From the IMG/VR virus record IMGVR_UViG_3300025608_000041, positions 1 to 39,868 of that record: 39,868 nt of DNA; one strand, 5' to 3'. Positions 8,970 through 18,838 of the stretch are shown in pieces. This DNA is from a virus (taxonomy: Duplodnaviria; Caudoviricetes). The stretch's first letter is position 1, and each line of letters begins with the position of its first letter. Made by a program: the position numbers and the translations under genes. A model generated the notes under the pieces. It saw nothing but the letters and a program-made list of their open reading frames with translations, ran no database searches and was not told where the DNA came from.

Positions 8970-11102
8970 TTACTGTAGTTGAAGAATAGGGAAACGACGG
9001 GTCTCCCCGTTAATTACCCGTTCTACGTATTGTTCGCCAGAACCGAGAGGCCCTGTGTAGCCTATAGTACCCCTACCCTCAAAAACTTGCGGAGCCCCAG
9101 ATCGTGCTTCTGCGTAGTTCTTAGGAGCCATACCGCCCATTGCTTGGTCATATAGGAAGACGGCCTCAAACTCTGCGTCATCTACTGCGTTGGCGTACCC
9201 ATTGTGGATTGCGTAGGTAGAACTCATCTGATCTTCTAGGTAGTCTAAGTTAGCCATAACCCCGGGGGTGTAGACGCTAAATCCAGTAAGGCCGAGCTTC
9301 TCTCTCTGGAACTGTACGTCTTGGTTAGAGATATCACGTCCCTGTGCGCCACCCTGAAGGGCCGCGGCTTGGTAATACGCTAGAGTTTCACCGAGGAGAT
9401 CGAACACATATTGTAGTCGTGCTGAATCACTAATTTCTGGGTTCTGCTCAATATCTGCCAGACCTTTCTGTATTCCGGATAAGGCCTCTTGGTTTTTCTC
9501 CCCAGATATTTGGGTAACTAGGACGTTGAAATCTTGGACAAGTTCGCCCAATCCGGCAAGCGTCTTTTTAACTTGAGACACTTTACCCGCACCGACCATT
9601 CCACTAGCCATCAGGTCCTTCATCTGAAGGATTACTGTCTTTGCTTTCTTAGAGGCGTAAGCACGTGCGCGGGCATCTTCTCGGCTGATGCCATACATAT
9701 CCCTGAATTTTTTATTATAAACGGCCTTAGTCTGCCCCTGCGATATTTCTACAGCAGTGACCTTACGGGGGCTATCATCTCGGGTAAATAGGCGGGCTAC
9801 TTCGATACCGTCTTGAGGCTCTAAGTTTTTAACGAGCTTGTACAGTCTATCGTTTGCCGCGGGGTTAATTTGAATCGCCCCGCTATTTTGTCTCGTGATT
9901 AAAGGTTTCACAACCGTCTGGGTATTTACGATTGCAGATAGTAGTTTTTCCGGCTCTTTTGCCCGGGACACTGTCTCGAGAATACGTATTGCAGACGCAC
10001 CACTAGCGGCTCGAATTTTAGTCACTTTATCCCAGATTTCTGGGCGAATTTGCTGAGAGTTTGAGCGGTCGGGATCAAAGTTAGGACTACCCATACCGAC
10101 GTACTCCGTGGCCCAGTTATAAGAATCCTCAGAAGCCCCTACAAACTGGTCATTAACCTCATCATACGTGAGAGGTAGTTGCTTAGGATACCCAATCGCT
10201 TCTTTTAAAGCGTCGGTAGTGACCCCGAGCTGAGGACCAATGATATTGTCAATCCACCACTCTTGCGTCTTCCTGTCTACTTGACCGTTCTTTGTGAGCA
10301 TCTCTAAAGCAGGGAATGCCGTCACAGGGTTTTGTATGTACTGGGTTCCCGCCTCATCCTTATTTAACAGAAGATTTGAGCGGATAGCTTTCTTGTCAAT
10401 ATTCTGTACTAACTGGGTACGCACCTCTTTCAACAACCCATGTGGGTCCCCGTTCTCAATGTGCCACCACAGTTCTGTGCCGATGCCGTCAGCAACATTA
10501 TAAATCTTCTGATTAACTCTGGCGATATCACTTTTGTGATACTTAACGTCTACTCCGGGAACGTACAGCGTATTCCCGGACTTACTTTTGAAGTTGAACA
10601 TGGGGAGGTCAGTATCGACACCAGCCATCGGGATAGCCCCCGTCAATTTACCCGATTCTTCCTGCGCGTTGTCGTAACCGTATACTGTCCACCCAGCAGG
10701 GGCAACAAAGGACTTCCCCTCTTCCGCGGCTTTGTTGGCTTTTATAGTTAAGTTGTCAATTTTGCTTAGAAGGTCGTCTCGTTTTTTTTGATCAGTAACT
10801 TGCTTTAGTTCTTCTTCATACGCTCGTATAGCCATAGCATTGCCTTGCTCTCTAACCATTCGATCTATTGCGTATTCATTCTCTGTCTCCGCTCTAAACT
10901 TTACGATATCTTTATCTAATCCATACTTGAGCATGGTTTGCGCTTGGTCGTATTTAAAGTTTTCTTGCGCTTGGAAGGCGTAGAGCTCTTTCTGGCGTTC
11001 AAACTCTTTTTCTGAAGCTATCTGCTCTGCCTCTGCCCGCTTAGCCTCAGTAAACGCTTGCGCGGCACCGCCGATAAAACCTAGTGTGAAAATGCCAGCC
11101 AT
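8970..11102 (-). CDS. Putative internal virion (ejection) protein
   Basis: 710 aa; N-terminal hydrophobic/Gly segment (GIFTLGFIGGAAQAF) followed by coiled coil. Confidence 0.65.
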   Translation of the reverse strand: MAGIFTLGFIGGAAQAFTEAKRAEAEQIASEKEFERQKELYAFQAQENFKYDQAQTMLKYGLDKDIVKFRAETENEYAIDRMVREQGNAMAIRAYEEELKQVTDQKKRDDLLSKIDNLTIKANKAAEEGKSFVAPAGWTVYGYDNAQEESGKLTGAIPMAGVDTDLPMFNFKSKSGNTLYVPGVDVKYHKSDIARVNQKIYNVADGIGTELWWHIENGDPHGLLKEVRTQLVQNIDKKAIRSNLLLNKDEAGTQYIQNPVTAFPALEMLTKNGQVDRKTQEWWIDNIIGPQLGVTTDALKEAIGYPKQLPLTYDEVNDQFVGASEDSYNWATEYVGMGSPNFDPDRSNSQQIRPEIWDKVTKIRAASGASAIRILETVSRAKEPEKLLSAIVNTQTVVKPLITRQNSGAIQINPAANDRLYKLVKNLEPQDGIEVARLFTRDDSPRKVTAVEISQGQTKAVYNKKFRDMYGISREDARARAYASKKAKTVILQMKDLMASGMVGAGKVSQVKKTLAGLGELVQDFNVLVTQISGEKNQEALSGIQKGLADIEQNPEISDSARLQYVFDLLGETLAYYQAAALQGGAQGRDISNQDVQFQREKLGLTGFSVYTPGVMANLDYLEDQMSSTYAIHNGYANAVDDAEFEAVFLYDQAMGGMAPKNYAEARSGAPQVFEGRGTIGYTGPLGSGEQYVERVINGETRRFPILQLQ

Positions 11103-11707
11103 TATTTCTCTTCCTCTTCCATAGTATCCGCGTCAATGCCGGGTGCTTCTTCCGCCGGTGGTGTTGGCATATCAGCTAGGAAACTCTGCTGTCTTGCGGC
11201 CGCAGTCTCTCTTTGGACTTTGTCGTTAACCTCGGGACGCTTCATCATGTACGCGGCAAACTCGGGGTTCCGGTCTTTCATGATGTTAAGAAGTTGCGCG
11301 TCTTCCATACCGTAGTTAGTGCGCGGCAGACCGTCTTTTGTGTTGAATACTTTTGCAGGTATTTGATACTCTGCCGCTAGCCCCATGAGGTAAAACGCGA
11401 GAGGTGCCTTAATTAGTTCTGCAACATCGACCGTAAATCTACCCTCAGTAAACCCCACCTTGGTCATTGTAGATACGAGCTCTTCGACAGATACCCCTGC
11501 GGCAAGTAGTTGAACGTATTGCTCCTCGACTTCTGGTTTTTCGAGATTGTCGATGATAGCGTCCACAGCTTCCCCCGGAGATGTGTGCTCAGGCGGGCCT
11601 TCCCACGGCCATTTTTTAGGGCTTCCCGTGAGAGAGAATCCGGGAGGTGCTTTATTAAAGCGACTTTCCGGTGTGAGTGTTTGTTTACGTCTCATTGGCC
11701 GTTGCAT
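11102..11707 (-). CDS. Conserved-looking virion-associated protein
   Basis: 201 aa with a PPGFSLT...PWEGPP motif; sits among the internal protein genes. Confidence 0.7.
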   Translation of the reverse strand: MQRPMRRKQTLTPESRFNKAPPGFSLTGSPKKWPWEGPPEHTSPGEAVDAIIDNLEKPEVEEQYVQLLAAGVSVEELVSTMTKVGFTEGRFTVDVAELIKAPLAFYLMGLAAEYQIPAKVFNTKDGLPRTNYGMEDAQLLNIMKDRNPEFAAYMMKRPEVNDKVQRETAAARQQSFLADMPTPPAEEAPGIDADTMEEEEK

Positions 11708-11720
11708 ATTAGGTTTCCTG

Positions 11721-12161
11721 TTACCGTGAACGAGGCTTCACAGAAATTTGAGGGGAGGTTATAGATAAGGTGGGGCCTCTAGAAGGCTTTGTTTGCAGTC
11801 TATCAATTGTCCCCTGTATAGACCCGCCTACCTTAGAGTTTTGGACGGCACGAATCTTATCCACAACACGTGCGGTGTAACCCATATTCGTTGCCGTAGA
11901 AGCGTACGATCCCGCCTCTACCCCTGACTTAATTGTAGGGCGTTTAGCTTTGGGTAAATTCGCGGCAGTTTCTTTGCTAGTTAAGGATTTGACCGCAGAG
12001 CTGGCAAACGTAGAGGCAATGGGGTTTTCTTTACCCCAAGCCTGCGCCCCTTTGTATAAGTCTGTAGCTCCGTCGTAAGTACTCTCAAGGAAGCTACCTT
12101 TGTATGCGTCTGACACAAAACTGCTGACTGCTTCCCAGCCACTCTTTAACATATTAAGCAC
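11721..12161 (-). CDS. Putative small internal virion protein
   Basis: 146 aa, amphipathic N-terminus and basic C-terminus. The start is GTG (12159-12161) or the ATG of MLKSG. Confidence 0.65.
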   Translation of the reverse strand: MLNMLKSGWEAVSSFVSDAYKGSFLESTYDGATDLYKGAQAWGKENPIASTFASSAVKSLTSKETAANLPKAKRPTIKSGVEAGSYASTATNMGYTARVVDKIRAVQNSKVGGSIQGTIDRLQTKPSRGPTLSITSPQISVKPRSR

Positions 12162-12163
12162 GA

Positions 12164-14233
12164 TTAATCATCCCTCGGAACAATAATACCCAGAATACCG
12201 GACAACGCCGCATTACCTACGGCAGATGCTGTCGCGTACTCGCTTTCGAGCCCGAACATGTCGATGCTAGAAGTTTTCTCAAATTCCAACATAGCTAGTT
12301 GATGTGCGCGGGCGGTTTGATTTTCTGTGGACTGCATAATCCACGCCGATTCATCACGATATCTCTGCCATAGAGCAGATAGTGCCGCCTGACTGGTTTG
12401 TAGTACGTTAGCGGCGTTTTGCCGATTAACTTCGTTTTGCGTAGCCGTATCTATCGTCGCAATATCCCGCCGCCACTGAGCGTTGGACTGCTCGATTTGG
12501 GCTTTCATCGTGCTATCAAAACGGTCTCGGGCATCCTCAAGAGACGTGTTAAATTGCGCTATCGAGTTTACTTGATCGACATTAAACTGCTCCATCGCAG
12601 AAGCGCGGTTCTGATTGGCGTTATCTACTTGAACCCCAAGCTCAGCAAAGAACTCATCCACCTGTTGTTGGGTTTTTGCGTTAAACTGAGACGCGGCGTT
12701 TTTTGCGGCCGCATCCGTAAACGCTGTCTGTAGCTGGCCTTGATAGTTAATGGTCTCCGTTGCCTGTTCGTTCGACAAGTTTTGCAGATCGATTGCTAAG
12801 AAACTTTGAGAGTTTTGAACGGCCGCCTTCATTCGAGCGTCGAGGTTAGCCATGTCCATTTGAGCAACGGTAGCGGCGTTCTGTAGAGCCGCCTGCTGTC
12901 GGTTGTTCAGATTCGCAACATTAATTTTCGAGTACTCAGCGGCATCTGCGGCGGCGATAGGCAACCCGGATTCTAGTATTGCTTGGGTAACGGCGGCAGA
13001 CGCCATACTACTTGTGCCCATGCCCCGTTTTTGCATTACTTGAGTGACACCACGAACCGCTCCTGCGGCCCAAGGGGGTAGGGGGGCACCGCTTTGAATA
13101 GAATTAAAAAGGTCCCCGAGTTGATAGCTAACAAGTTGTTTCTCTAAAACATCCGCTTCTGCGGCAGACGCTATCGCTTCGGGAGACAGTGCCCCTTGGA
13201 TTGCTCCGATTTTTACTTCTGTAGATACATCCGCGGATTCGAGCTTAGCGGCTGTAGCTTCATCCACGTCACCTACTGTAGTTGCTTCAATGTCGTAGTC
13301 ACCCTTTTCAGGTGTGGTAGGCTTCGCGACTTCGGTAGGAGCGGCCCCCTTTGTTGCGGTAACTTCGTCAATTTCTCCGAGCTTAGTATACGACGTTAGC
13401 TGGTCAGTATCCGCCTCTCCTATCTTCTCAGCCGTTATAGTAGTATTTGGCATGGACTGGCCTGTAGCCTGAGCTATCAAACCCTTTGTCAGTTCAGCGG
13501 GAGTTCCCGTGAGTGCGGAAACCTCTAGGGGAGTTAAGTCTGAGAGAGTTCTGTTAGGATCGGCGGGGATTTCGGGGTCTAGTTTCACCTCTTCTTCTTT
13601 TTTCTCGTCTGCCCCCGTACCGGTTCCTGTTTCCGACGCGTCTGTCTGACCGCTCGTGTACTGCTGAACAGCCTTCGACACATCGTCAAAGTTAATGTTG
13701 TAACCGGCCTGATTAAACTTTGCCAAGTCTTCGTTAATCTTGGCTGTTGCCCCAAAGTAATCTCCGGGATTTGCCGCGTAGACCTGACCAACGTAGCTCT
13801 GTATATCGTCCTGAGAAAAGCCGGCAAAATCAGTGGGGGGAGCTTCAATAGCCTGCCCTAATGAGGTGGTCGGTGCCGTAGGAGTTTCGATAGGAGTGGT
13901 AACATTACTTGATCCCGTACCGGTAGACAGACCCGCTGTGTCGGCCACATTTAGCGTTTGAGTTGGAGCACCGAAAGTAACAGGGGAGTTCTGTGCCTTG
14001 TATGCGTCAATCCCACCGGCCGTCGCAATATCATTGCCCGATGTCATTCCCGACCGTATATCAACCCCTGTCGCCTTTGCACGGTCAATCACATCCGCGA
14101 CATTAGCTTTTGTAGCAAGAGCTATCTGTGCCGCGGAAACATCCGCCGCCTTAGCCGCCTCTGCGATTTCCTTGTCGGAAGCATTTGGATTTGCGGCGAA
14201 CCACGCTCTTACGTCTGCGTCACTTACTGCCAT
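12164..14233 (-). CDS. Putative DNA-ejection/pilot-like internal protein
   Basis: 689 aa, Ala/Gln/Asn-rich C-terminal half with QFN repeats, hydrophobic C-terminus. Confidence 0.65.
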   Translation of the reverse strand: MAVSDADVRAWFAANPNASDKEIAEAAKAADVSAAQIALATKANVADVIDRAKATGVDIRSGMTSGNDIATAGGIDAYKAQNSPVTFGAPTQTLNVADTAGLSTGTGSSNVTTPIETPTAPTTSLGQAIEAPPTDFAGFSQDDIQSYVGQVYAANPGDYFGATAKINEDLAKFNQAGYNINFDDVSKAVQQYTSGQTDASETGTGTGADEKKEEEVKLDPEIPADPNRTLSDLTPLEVSALTGTPAELTKGLIAQATGQSMPNTTITAEKIGEADTDQLTSYTKLGEIDEVTATKGAAPTEVAKPTTPEKGDYDIEATTVGDVDEATAAKLESADVSTEVKIGAIQGALSPEAIASAAEADVLEKQLVSYQLGDLFNSIQSGAPLPPWAAGAVRGVTQVMQKRGMGTSSMASAAVTQAILESGLPIAAADAAEYSKINVANLNNRQQAALQNAATVAQMDMANLDARMKAAVQNSQSFLAIDLQNLSNEQATETINYQGQLQTAFTDAAAKNAASQFNAKTQQQVDEFFAELGVQVDNANQNRASAMEQFNVDQVNSIAQFNTSLEDARDRFDSTMKAQIEQSNAQWRRDIATIDTATQNEVNRQNAANVLQTSQAALSALWQRYRDESAWIMQSTENQTARAHQLAMLEFEKTSSIDMFGLESEYATASAVGNAALSGILGIIVPRDD

Positions 14234-14236
14234 ACT

Positions 14237-14611
14237 TTATTTCTTCTTTAAGTTCATGAGTTTATCGACGGAGCGCATTCCAAAGCTCGCGCTGACCGCA
14301 AGGAATAATAAGTAGCTGTACCAATCGGGAAGATTTTCGAGGGCCAAGAAGGCATCATTGAGACGGTCGATGATTGCGGTATCGCCTGTTGCAACACTGT
14401 AACCTACTAATATTATAGGGGCAGATAGCACAACTGTAAAGAATTCATCCTTCCAAGATGACTTCGTGGCGTCTGCCATGATGTTTTCCCAAGACCCTTC
14501 GTTCTGGAGGGCCTTGATTTTGACTTCCTGCTTGACCTTCTGTTCGTCGGCCTTGCCCTTAACGAAGTCCTTAGCGAGTTCTACTGCTGGCCCTAGGAGC
14601 ATCTGGAGCAT
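14237..14611 (-). CDS. Putative holin (3TM / GTA-holin-like)
   Basis: MLQMLLGP...SWKDEFFTVVLSAP...LPDWYSYLLFLAVSASFGMR: hydrophobic helices and a basic tail. Confidence 0.7.
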   Translation of the reverse strand: MLQMLLGPAVELAKDFVKGKADEQKVKQEVKIKALQNEGSWENIMADATKSSWKDEFFTVVLSAPIILVGYSVATGDTAIIDRLNDAFLALENLPDWYSYLLFLAVSASFGMRSVDKLMNLKKK

Positions 14612-14927
14612 TCTTACCTTCCTTCTTAGTAGATGTTATTGCAGATGCACCAAAGAACGCTGATACAAGTACTGCGATTGAGGCAAAGTATGTTGGTGCA
14701 ATGTCTGCGATGAGTTGAGCGGCTGTACCCATAGCGAAGGCATCAGCAAGAAAGATACCAAATGGATACAATAGAAGACCAATAAGAGCAAACCAAGCCA
14801 TCTTACGAATGGAGTCACGTTGGGCATCTGCATCTTCCATTTGTCTCCGCATGTCTTCCAGCATGATCTTGCGTTCTTCAGCATCAATCACTCCATCGCC
14901 ATTCAAGTCATACATTTCTTCTGTCAT
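14571..14927 (-). CDS. Two-TM membrane protein with N-terminal EF-hand-like loop
   Basis: Likely start MTEEM at 14927 (ATGA overlap with the upstream stop). DLNGDGVIDAEE is followed by two hydrophobic segments. Confidence 0.7.
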   Translation of the reverse strand: MTEEMYDLNGDGVIDAEERKIMLEDMRRQMEDADAQRDSIRKMAWFALIGLLLYPFGIFLADAFAMGTAAQLIADIAPTYFASIAVLVSAFFGASAITSTKKEGKNAPDAPRASSRTR

Positions 14928-15109
14928 TGCATCTGTACCCTGTCTGACTGTATACATACAGCTTCGTAGTTAATCTTTGGTTGAGGGGCAGTGATCATGA
15001 ATTCCTGCCGTGCCTCAAAACACTTATCCATTGTGGTGAAAAACCCTGTGGGAGAGACGTAGTATCTATCCGCATCAAGGAGTATTACGAATAGAATCCA
15101 CGTAACCAT
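14924..15109 (-). CDS. Small protein with hydrophobic N-terminus and two Cys
   Basis: 61 aa, coupled to both neighbours. Confidence 0.6.
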   Translation of the reverse strand: MVTWILFVILLDADRYYVSPTGFFTTMDKCFEARQEFMITAPQPKINYEAVCIQSDRVQMQ

Positions 15110-15110
15110 G

Positions 15111-15560
15111 CTACTTTCCTTTTGTGCTTATGAGCCAATATACGAAGTAAGCGCATATGCCAACAACAGAAAGGGTGGCAACGGTAACAAGGATACCAAT
15201 ACTCCAGTCTTTAATGAGTTTACGTCTACGGGCCTTCTGTGCGGCAATGCGTTTCTTTTCATTCTCTCTAAGTGTCTTTCTGTTGTGAATAAATTTACAG
15301 TAGTCATCCCACAAGCCGGGACGGCCTGCGTAGATAAACTGGCGTTTGATTTCAGCTTCATGATTCCTGATTTTTTCAAGTTCAAAGAAGCATTCCATGT
15401 CACCGTCTTTCGCTTTCTTTTCTATTTCTTCTTTAGCGTCAGCCAGTTTGGTAAGCTGTGGCCCCATCTCGCCTACAGAGGATACGTGCCCCGCAAACTC
15501 CTTGATTGCACCGATAGCCTCGTTGGCAATCTTAATTGCGGCTATTGCCTCAAATATCAC
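15111..15560 (-). CDS. Membrane-anchored hypothetical protein
   Basis: Coiled coil with a C-terminal TM helix; GTGA overlap with the upstream gene. Confidence 0.7.
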   Translation of the reverse strand: MIFEAIAAIKIANEAIGAIKEFAGHVSSVGEMGPQLTKLADAKEEIEKKAKDGDMECFFELEKIRNHEAEIKRQFIYAGRPGLWDDYCKFIHNRKTLRENEKKRIAAQKARRRKLIKDWSIGILVTVATLSVVGICAYFVYWLISTKGK

Positions 15561-15814
15561 TGTCGTGCTTCTATGAGTCGGTCAATCTTAGCGTCTAAGG
15601 CATCTAGACGATCCATGAGTCGTTCCATATCTTCCCTGACTTCATCTTTACGTGCATACTTCTCAGCGATAGATAGTTGACACTGCACAATCTCTTCACG
15701 GGTTTTGTTGAGGAGGATGGATAGGCGATGCATTTCTGAGTGCATCTGTATGCCAAACCAACCGACAAAGCCTAGAATGGCAGAGAGGACTATGTTCCAA
15801 AGCATCATGTCCAC
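15557..15814 (-). CDS. Small membrane protein (N-terminal TM + coiled coil)
   Basis: WNIVLSAILGFVGWFG followed by a heptad-rich helix. Confidence 0.7.
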   Translation of the reverse strand: MDMMLWNIVLSAILGFVGWFGIQMHSEMHRLSILLNKTREEIVQCQLSIAEKYARKDEVREDMERLMDRLDALDAKIDRLIEARQ

Positions 15815-15816
15815 GG

Positions 15817-16068
15817 CTACTCTCCTTGAGCCGCTAACCAGTCCGCGTACGAGTCGATCCCCGTAAACGTCATGTACCCCTCATCCGTTGTATTCGCGGG
15901 GAGGTCCCGTAAATACTGCCGGTAGTTTGTGTAGTTTGTTTTTGTTGCGTCGTCCAACGGGGAGTCCGGGAGAACGGCCCAGTCCGTTGCCGATAAGGCC
16001 TCGTTACGTAAGAGACGAAGTCCTTCTTCTGCTAAGGCAAGCGTGTCTGCATCGTACGTGTCTGTCAT
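15817..16068 (-). CDS. Tail fibre assembly chaperone-like protein
   Basis: LRLLRNEALSATDWAVLPDSP...YRQYLRDLP motif. Confidence 0.8.
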   Translation of the reverse strand: MTDTYDADTLALAEEGLRLLRNEALSATDWAVLPDSPLDDATKTNYTNYRQYLRDLPANTTDEGYMTFTGIDSYADWLAAQGE

Positions 16069-16076
16069 GATATTTC

Positions 16077-17255
16077 CTATTCTACGGTGTCTACATCTTT
16101 TACGTTTTCTGCGAGGGGGTACTCACGACCTAATCCCCACACGATTCGAGCACCGCCTTGGCCGCCCCTACAAAAAAGAGCGTTGCTATTGACAGAAGTT
16201 CCTCCACCAGCGGCTCCGCCACCAAACTTTCCACCCTCACCGTGGTATATGGTGTAGGCCGAACTTCCGGTTACTACCGTATCGTTTTTACGTACAGGCT
16301 GACTTGAGTTGCTGTTGTCTGCGCCGTCAAAACCCCCAGAACCGCCGTTACCGCCGTACCTTCCATCTGTGTAGAAAGAGTTGCCGTTGTTGTAGTCACC
16401 CTTCGTTCCGCTCTCTCCTCGCCCGAAGAGACCCACGCCGCCGCCACCTCCAAAAGAGTATGTAGAGGAGGCATAGCCGCCGCCGCCTCCACCGCCGCCT
16501 AATTTGCCGTCGGACTGGTCATTACTATACCCACCATTGCCCCCAAATGCATCGGCACCAGAGGTCGTGTTCCCGTACCCACCGGCACCGCCACCGCCAC
16601 CATAACCGTTGACTGATGTGTATCCGCCTCGTCCCCCAAAAGGAGTGACGGTTCCTGCGATGGGTTTACCTGATTCTGCGCTAGACGGGGTGCCCTGATA
16701 ATACCCTCCTCCCGCAGAAAAGTAGTCTCCGATAGAAGTTGCGCCCCCGTCTAGCGTTTGCTCTGTAATTGAAGCTACGGTAATCGATATAGACTCTCCC
16801 GGAGTAACTGCGAAAGTAGCGTATGCGAGGGCCCCGCCGGAGCCCCCGTGGTTAGACCAGCTTTCGTCTCCCCCTCCGCCTGCTCCGACAGCTACCGCAG
16901 ATATCCGAGTGACACCAGCGGGCACCGTGAAAGTTCCCGACGACTCAAAAAGTCTCTGTCCTTGGGCAATCCCCACCGTAACAGAGCCATCGGACGATAT
17001 CCACTGGTTCTTGTTTTTAGTATCGGAAACTCGCACAAACAACTTCCCTGTACTCGAGTTGAACCATAGTTGGTGGCGGGGTCCTTTGTTGTAATTTACC
17101 GGGGGATTTTCTACTGAAGAAACAACAATATCGTTAAAAGCTAGAGCTCCGGTTTCTCCCAAGGATAAAAATTGATGTGCAACCCCTAGTGAAGATGGGA
17201 ATTTAAAATCCTCACCGCTAGGGAGTCTTATCGAGTTTGCAAGTAGCTTGGGCAT
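16077..17255 (-). CDS. Glycine-rich tail fibre/adhesin protein
   Basis: SGTFTVPAGVT...AVGAGGGG...GGQGGARIVWG glycine-rich domain typical of phage fibre proteins. Confidence 0.75.
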   Translation of the reverse strand: MPKLLANSIRLPSGEDFKFPSSLGVAHQFLSLGETGALAFNDIVVSSVENPPVNYNKGPRHQLWFNSSTGKLFVRVSDTKNKNQWISSDGSVTVGIAQGQRLFESSGTFTVPAGVTRISAVAVGAGGGGDESWSNHGGSGGALAYATFAVTPGESISITVASITEQTLDGGATSIGDYFSAGGGYYQGTPSSAESGKPIAGTVTPFGGRGGYTSVNGYGGGGGAGGYGNTTSGADAFGGNGGYSNDQSDGKLGGGGGGGGYASSTYSFGGGGGVGLFGRGESGTKGDYNNGNSFYTDGRYGGNGGSGGFDGADNSNSSQPVRKNDTVVTGSSAYTIYHGEGGKFGGGAAGGGTSVNSNALFCRGGQGGARIVWGLGREYPLAENVKDVDTVE

Positions 17256-17272
17256 CGCTTTAGCCTTTAAGT

Positions 17273-18037
17273 TTAAAGAAGAGTAACTTGAACAGTAATC
17301 ATGCCGCGGTTGTACGTCCCGGCGGAAGCACTATGCTTCACACAAAAACCGTGCGTTGCAGTAGCTGGGGGAGCACTTGTGGCGTAGCTATCCCATGCCA
17401 TCTGCCCTAGGTTAGGAAAGTTGTAGGAAGTATTCTGTTGGTACATGTACGTCGAGTGAATTTGGTAGTTGCCGTAGTCTCCTTCTTTACGGAAGTGCCA
17501 GAGCATGTCGAAGGATAGACCACTACCATAGTTGTAATCCGTTATAGCAAGGTCGGCATATCCCGGAACGTACCAGTATCCGTTGTCACTATTGTGACCG
17601 TTTGTGTCTGTCACCGTCGTCCCATTGTAGTACTCGAAGTACCCGTATCCGAGGTACCCCGAAGTAATGTTGCCCGCACTACCTTTTCCGTAAAAGTACA
17701 GTCTTCCTACTGTGTCCCCGGATACACCTGTACCCTGAATTCGGACAGTTGCAATGTCCGTGTAGGACTTGCCAGCAGGTAGAATGTCAGCCCATAAGAA
17801 CGAAAGGCCGTCAGTGTAATCTGCGTTATTTACTGACAGGTCGTAACTTTTGGTCCAGACTTTCTGGTTTGAATTAACGTAGTTCGCAATAGCGGCATCG
17901 ACATCTACGTCTGTTGCTACGGACATTACCCCAGAACCGTCGGTAATGAGCTTACCACCGCCAGAAAGATCAGCGGAGGGTAGGGTAAATGTCGTGCCCG
18001 ACTCTCGCTGAAATTCATCTACAATAATTTTTGACAT
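17273..18037 (-). CDS. Putative fibre/adhesin protein (paralog of 18055-18822)
   Basis: MSKIIVD...FTLPSADLSGGG...TDGSG; beta-rich; aligns along its length with the neighbouring gene. Confidence 0.75.
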   Translation of the reverse strand: MSKIIVDEFQRESGTTFTLPSADLSGGGKLITDGSGVMSVATDVDVDAAIANYVNSNQKVWTKSYDLSVNNADYTDGLSFLWADILPAGKSYTDIATVRIQGTGVSGDTVGRLYFYGKGSAGNITSGYLGYGYFEYYNGTTVTDTNGHNSDNGYWYVPGYADLAITDYNYGSGLSFDMLWHFRKEGDYGNYQIHSTYMYQQNTSYNFPNLGQMAWDSYATSAPPATATHGFCVKHSASAGTYNRGMITVQVTLL

Positions 18038-18054
18038 GTTTTACTCCTAAAATC

Positions 18055-18822
18055 CTATTTATAAACCAAAGTTACACGAAGGTACCCGCGGTCAATGTCC
18101 CCGGCGGCTGTATTGGTGAGTGTGAATCCATGTGTGGGGGAAGCAGGAGGCACACTTGTTCCTTGGTTCATCCACCCGAGTTGCTCCACGTTAGGGTACG
18201 TCTGGTTGTTTTGTTTATACGTGCTACGGATATGTACGTTATGGTTGCCGTATGTATCCTCTAGGTGGGGATGCCACTCAATAGCGAAGGAGATACCCCC
18301 CGAGTAAGTTTGCCCTGTGTTCTCCACCGTAGTGTATTGAGGAAACTGCCACCACCCTTGGTTTGAGTTGTGAGAGGCCCCTTGGTTTGCGTTACCATAG
18401 TGGCTTCCGTGGTAGGTGTACCCGAAGTATCCGGTAGAGATTTGTCCACTTGCGTCTTTACCGAAGACTTTAAAATACCCTATTCCTGCGGCAGAGATAC
18501 CCGAGCCTTCCATCTTGATGTATGCGACATCACCCGCGAAAGTTTTACCTGAAGGTAGGATGTCGGACCATGAGACGTCTAAAGTATCCACTGGATTGGT
18601 AGTGAAGTTGTACATCTTAGAGGCTTCAGTAGACGCCCCTAAAACAGCCGTATCTGCGATGTCAGTGACAGTTGTTTCCGCGCCAGTTGGTAGCGTATTA
18701 GCTACTAAGATATTTCCAGAGCCGTCAGTCTGTACGAGACCGCCGCCTGATGTATCAGCAGATGGTAGCTGGAATGCTGTTTGACCAGCACGTTGAAGCT
18801 GATCTACGATTATTTTACCCAT
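18055..18822 (-). CDS. Putative fibre/adhesin protein (paralog of 17273-18037)
   Basis: MGKIIVD...FQLPSADTSGGG...TDGSG; shares W(S/A)DILP, GY(F/L)GY, HNS, PPA..THGF and RG motifs. Confidence 0.75.
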   Translation of the reverse strand: MGKIIVDQLQRAGQTAFQLPSADTSGGGLVQTDGSGNILVANTLPTGAETTVTDIADTAVLGASTEASKMYNFTTNPVDTLDVSWSDILPSGKTFAGDVAYIKMEGSGISAAGIGYFKVFGKDASGQISTGYFGYTYHGSHYGNANQGASHNSNQGWWQFPQYTTVENTGQTYSGGISFAIEWHPHLEDTYGNHNVHIRSTYKQNNQTYPNVEQLGWMNQGTSVPPASPTHGFTLTNTAAGDIDRGYLRVTLVYK

Positions 18823-18838
18823 GTTTTATTTCTCCAAT

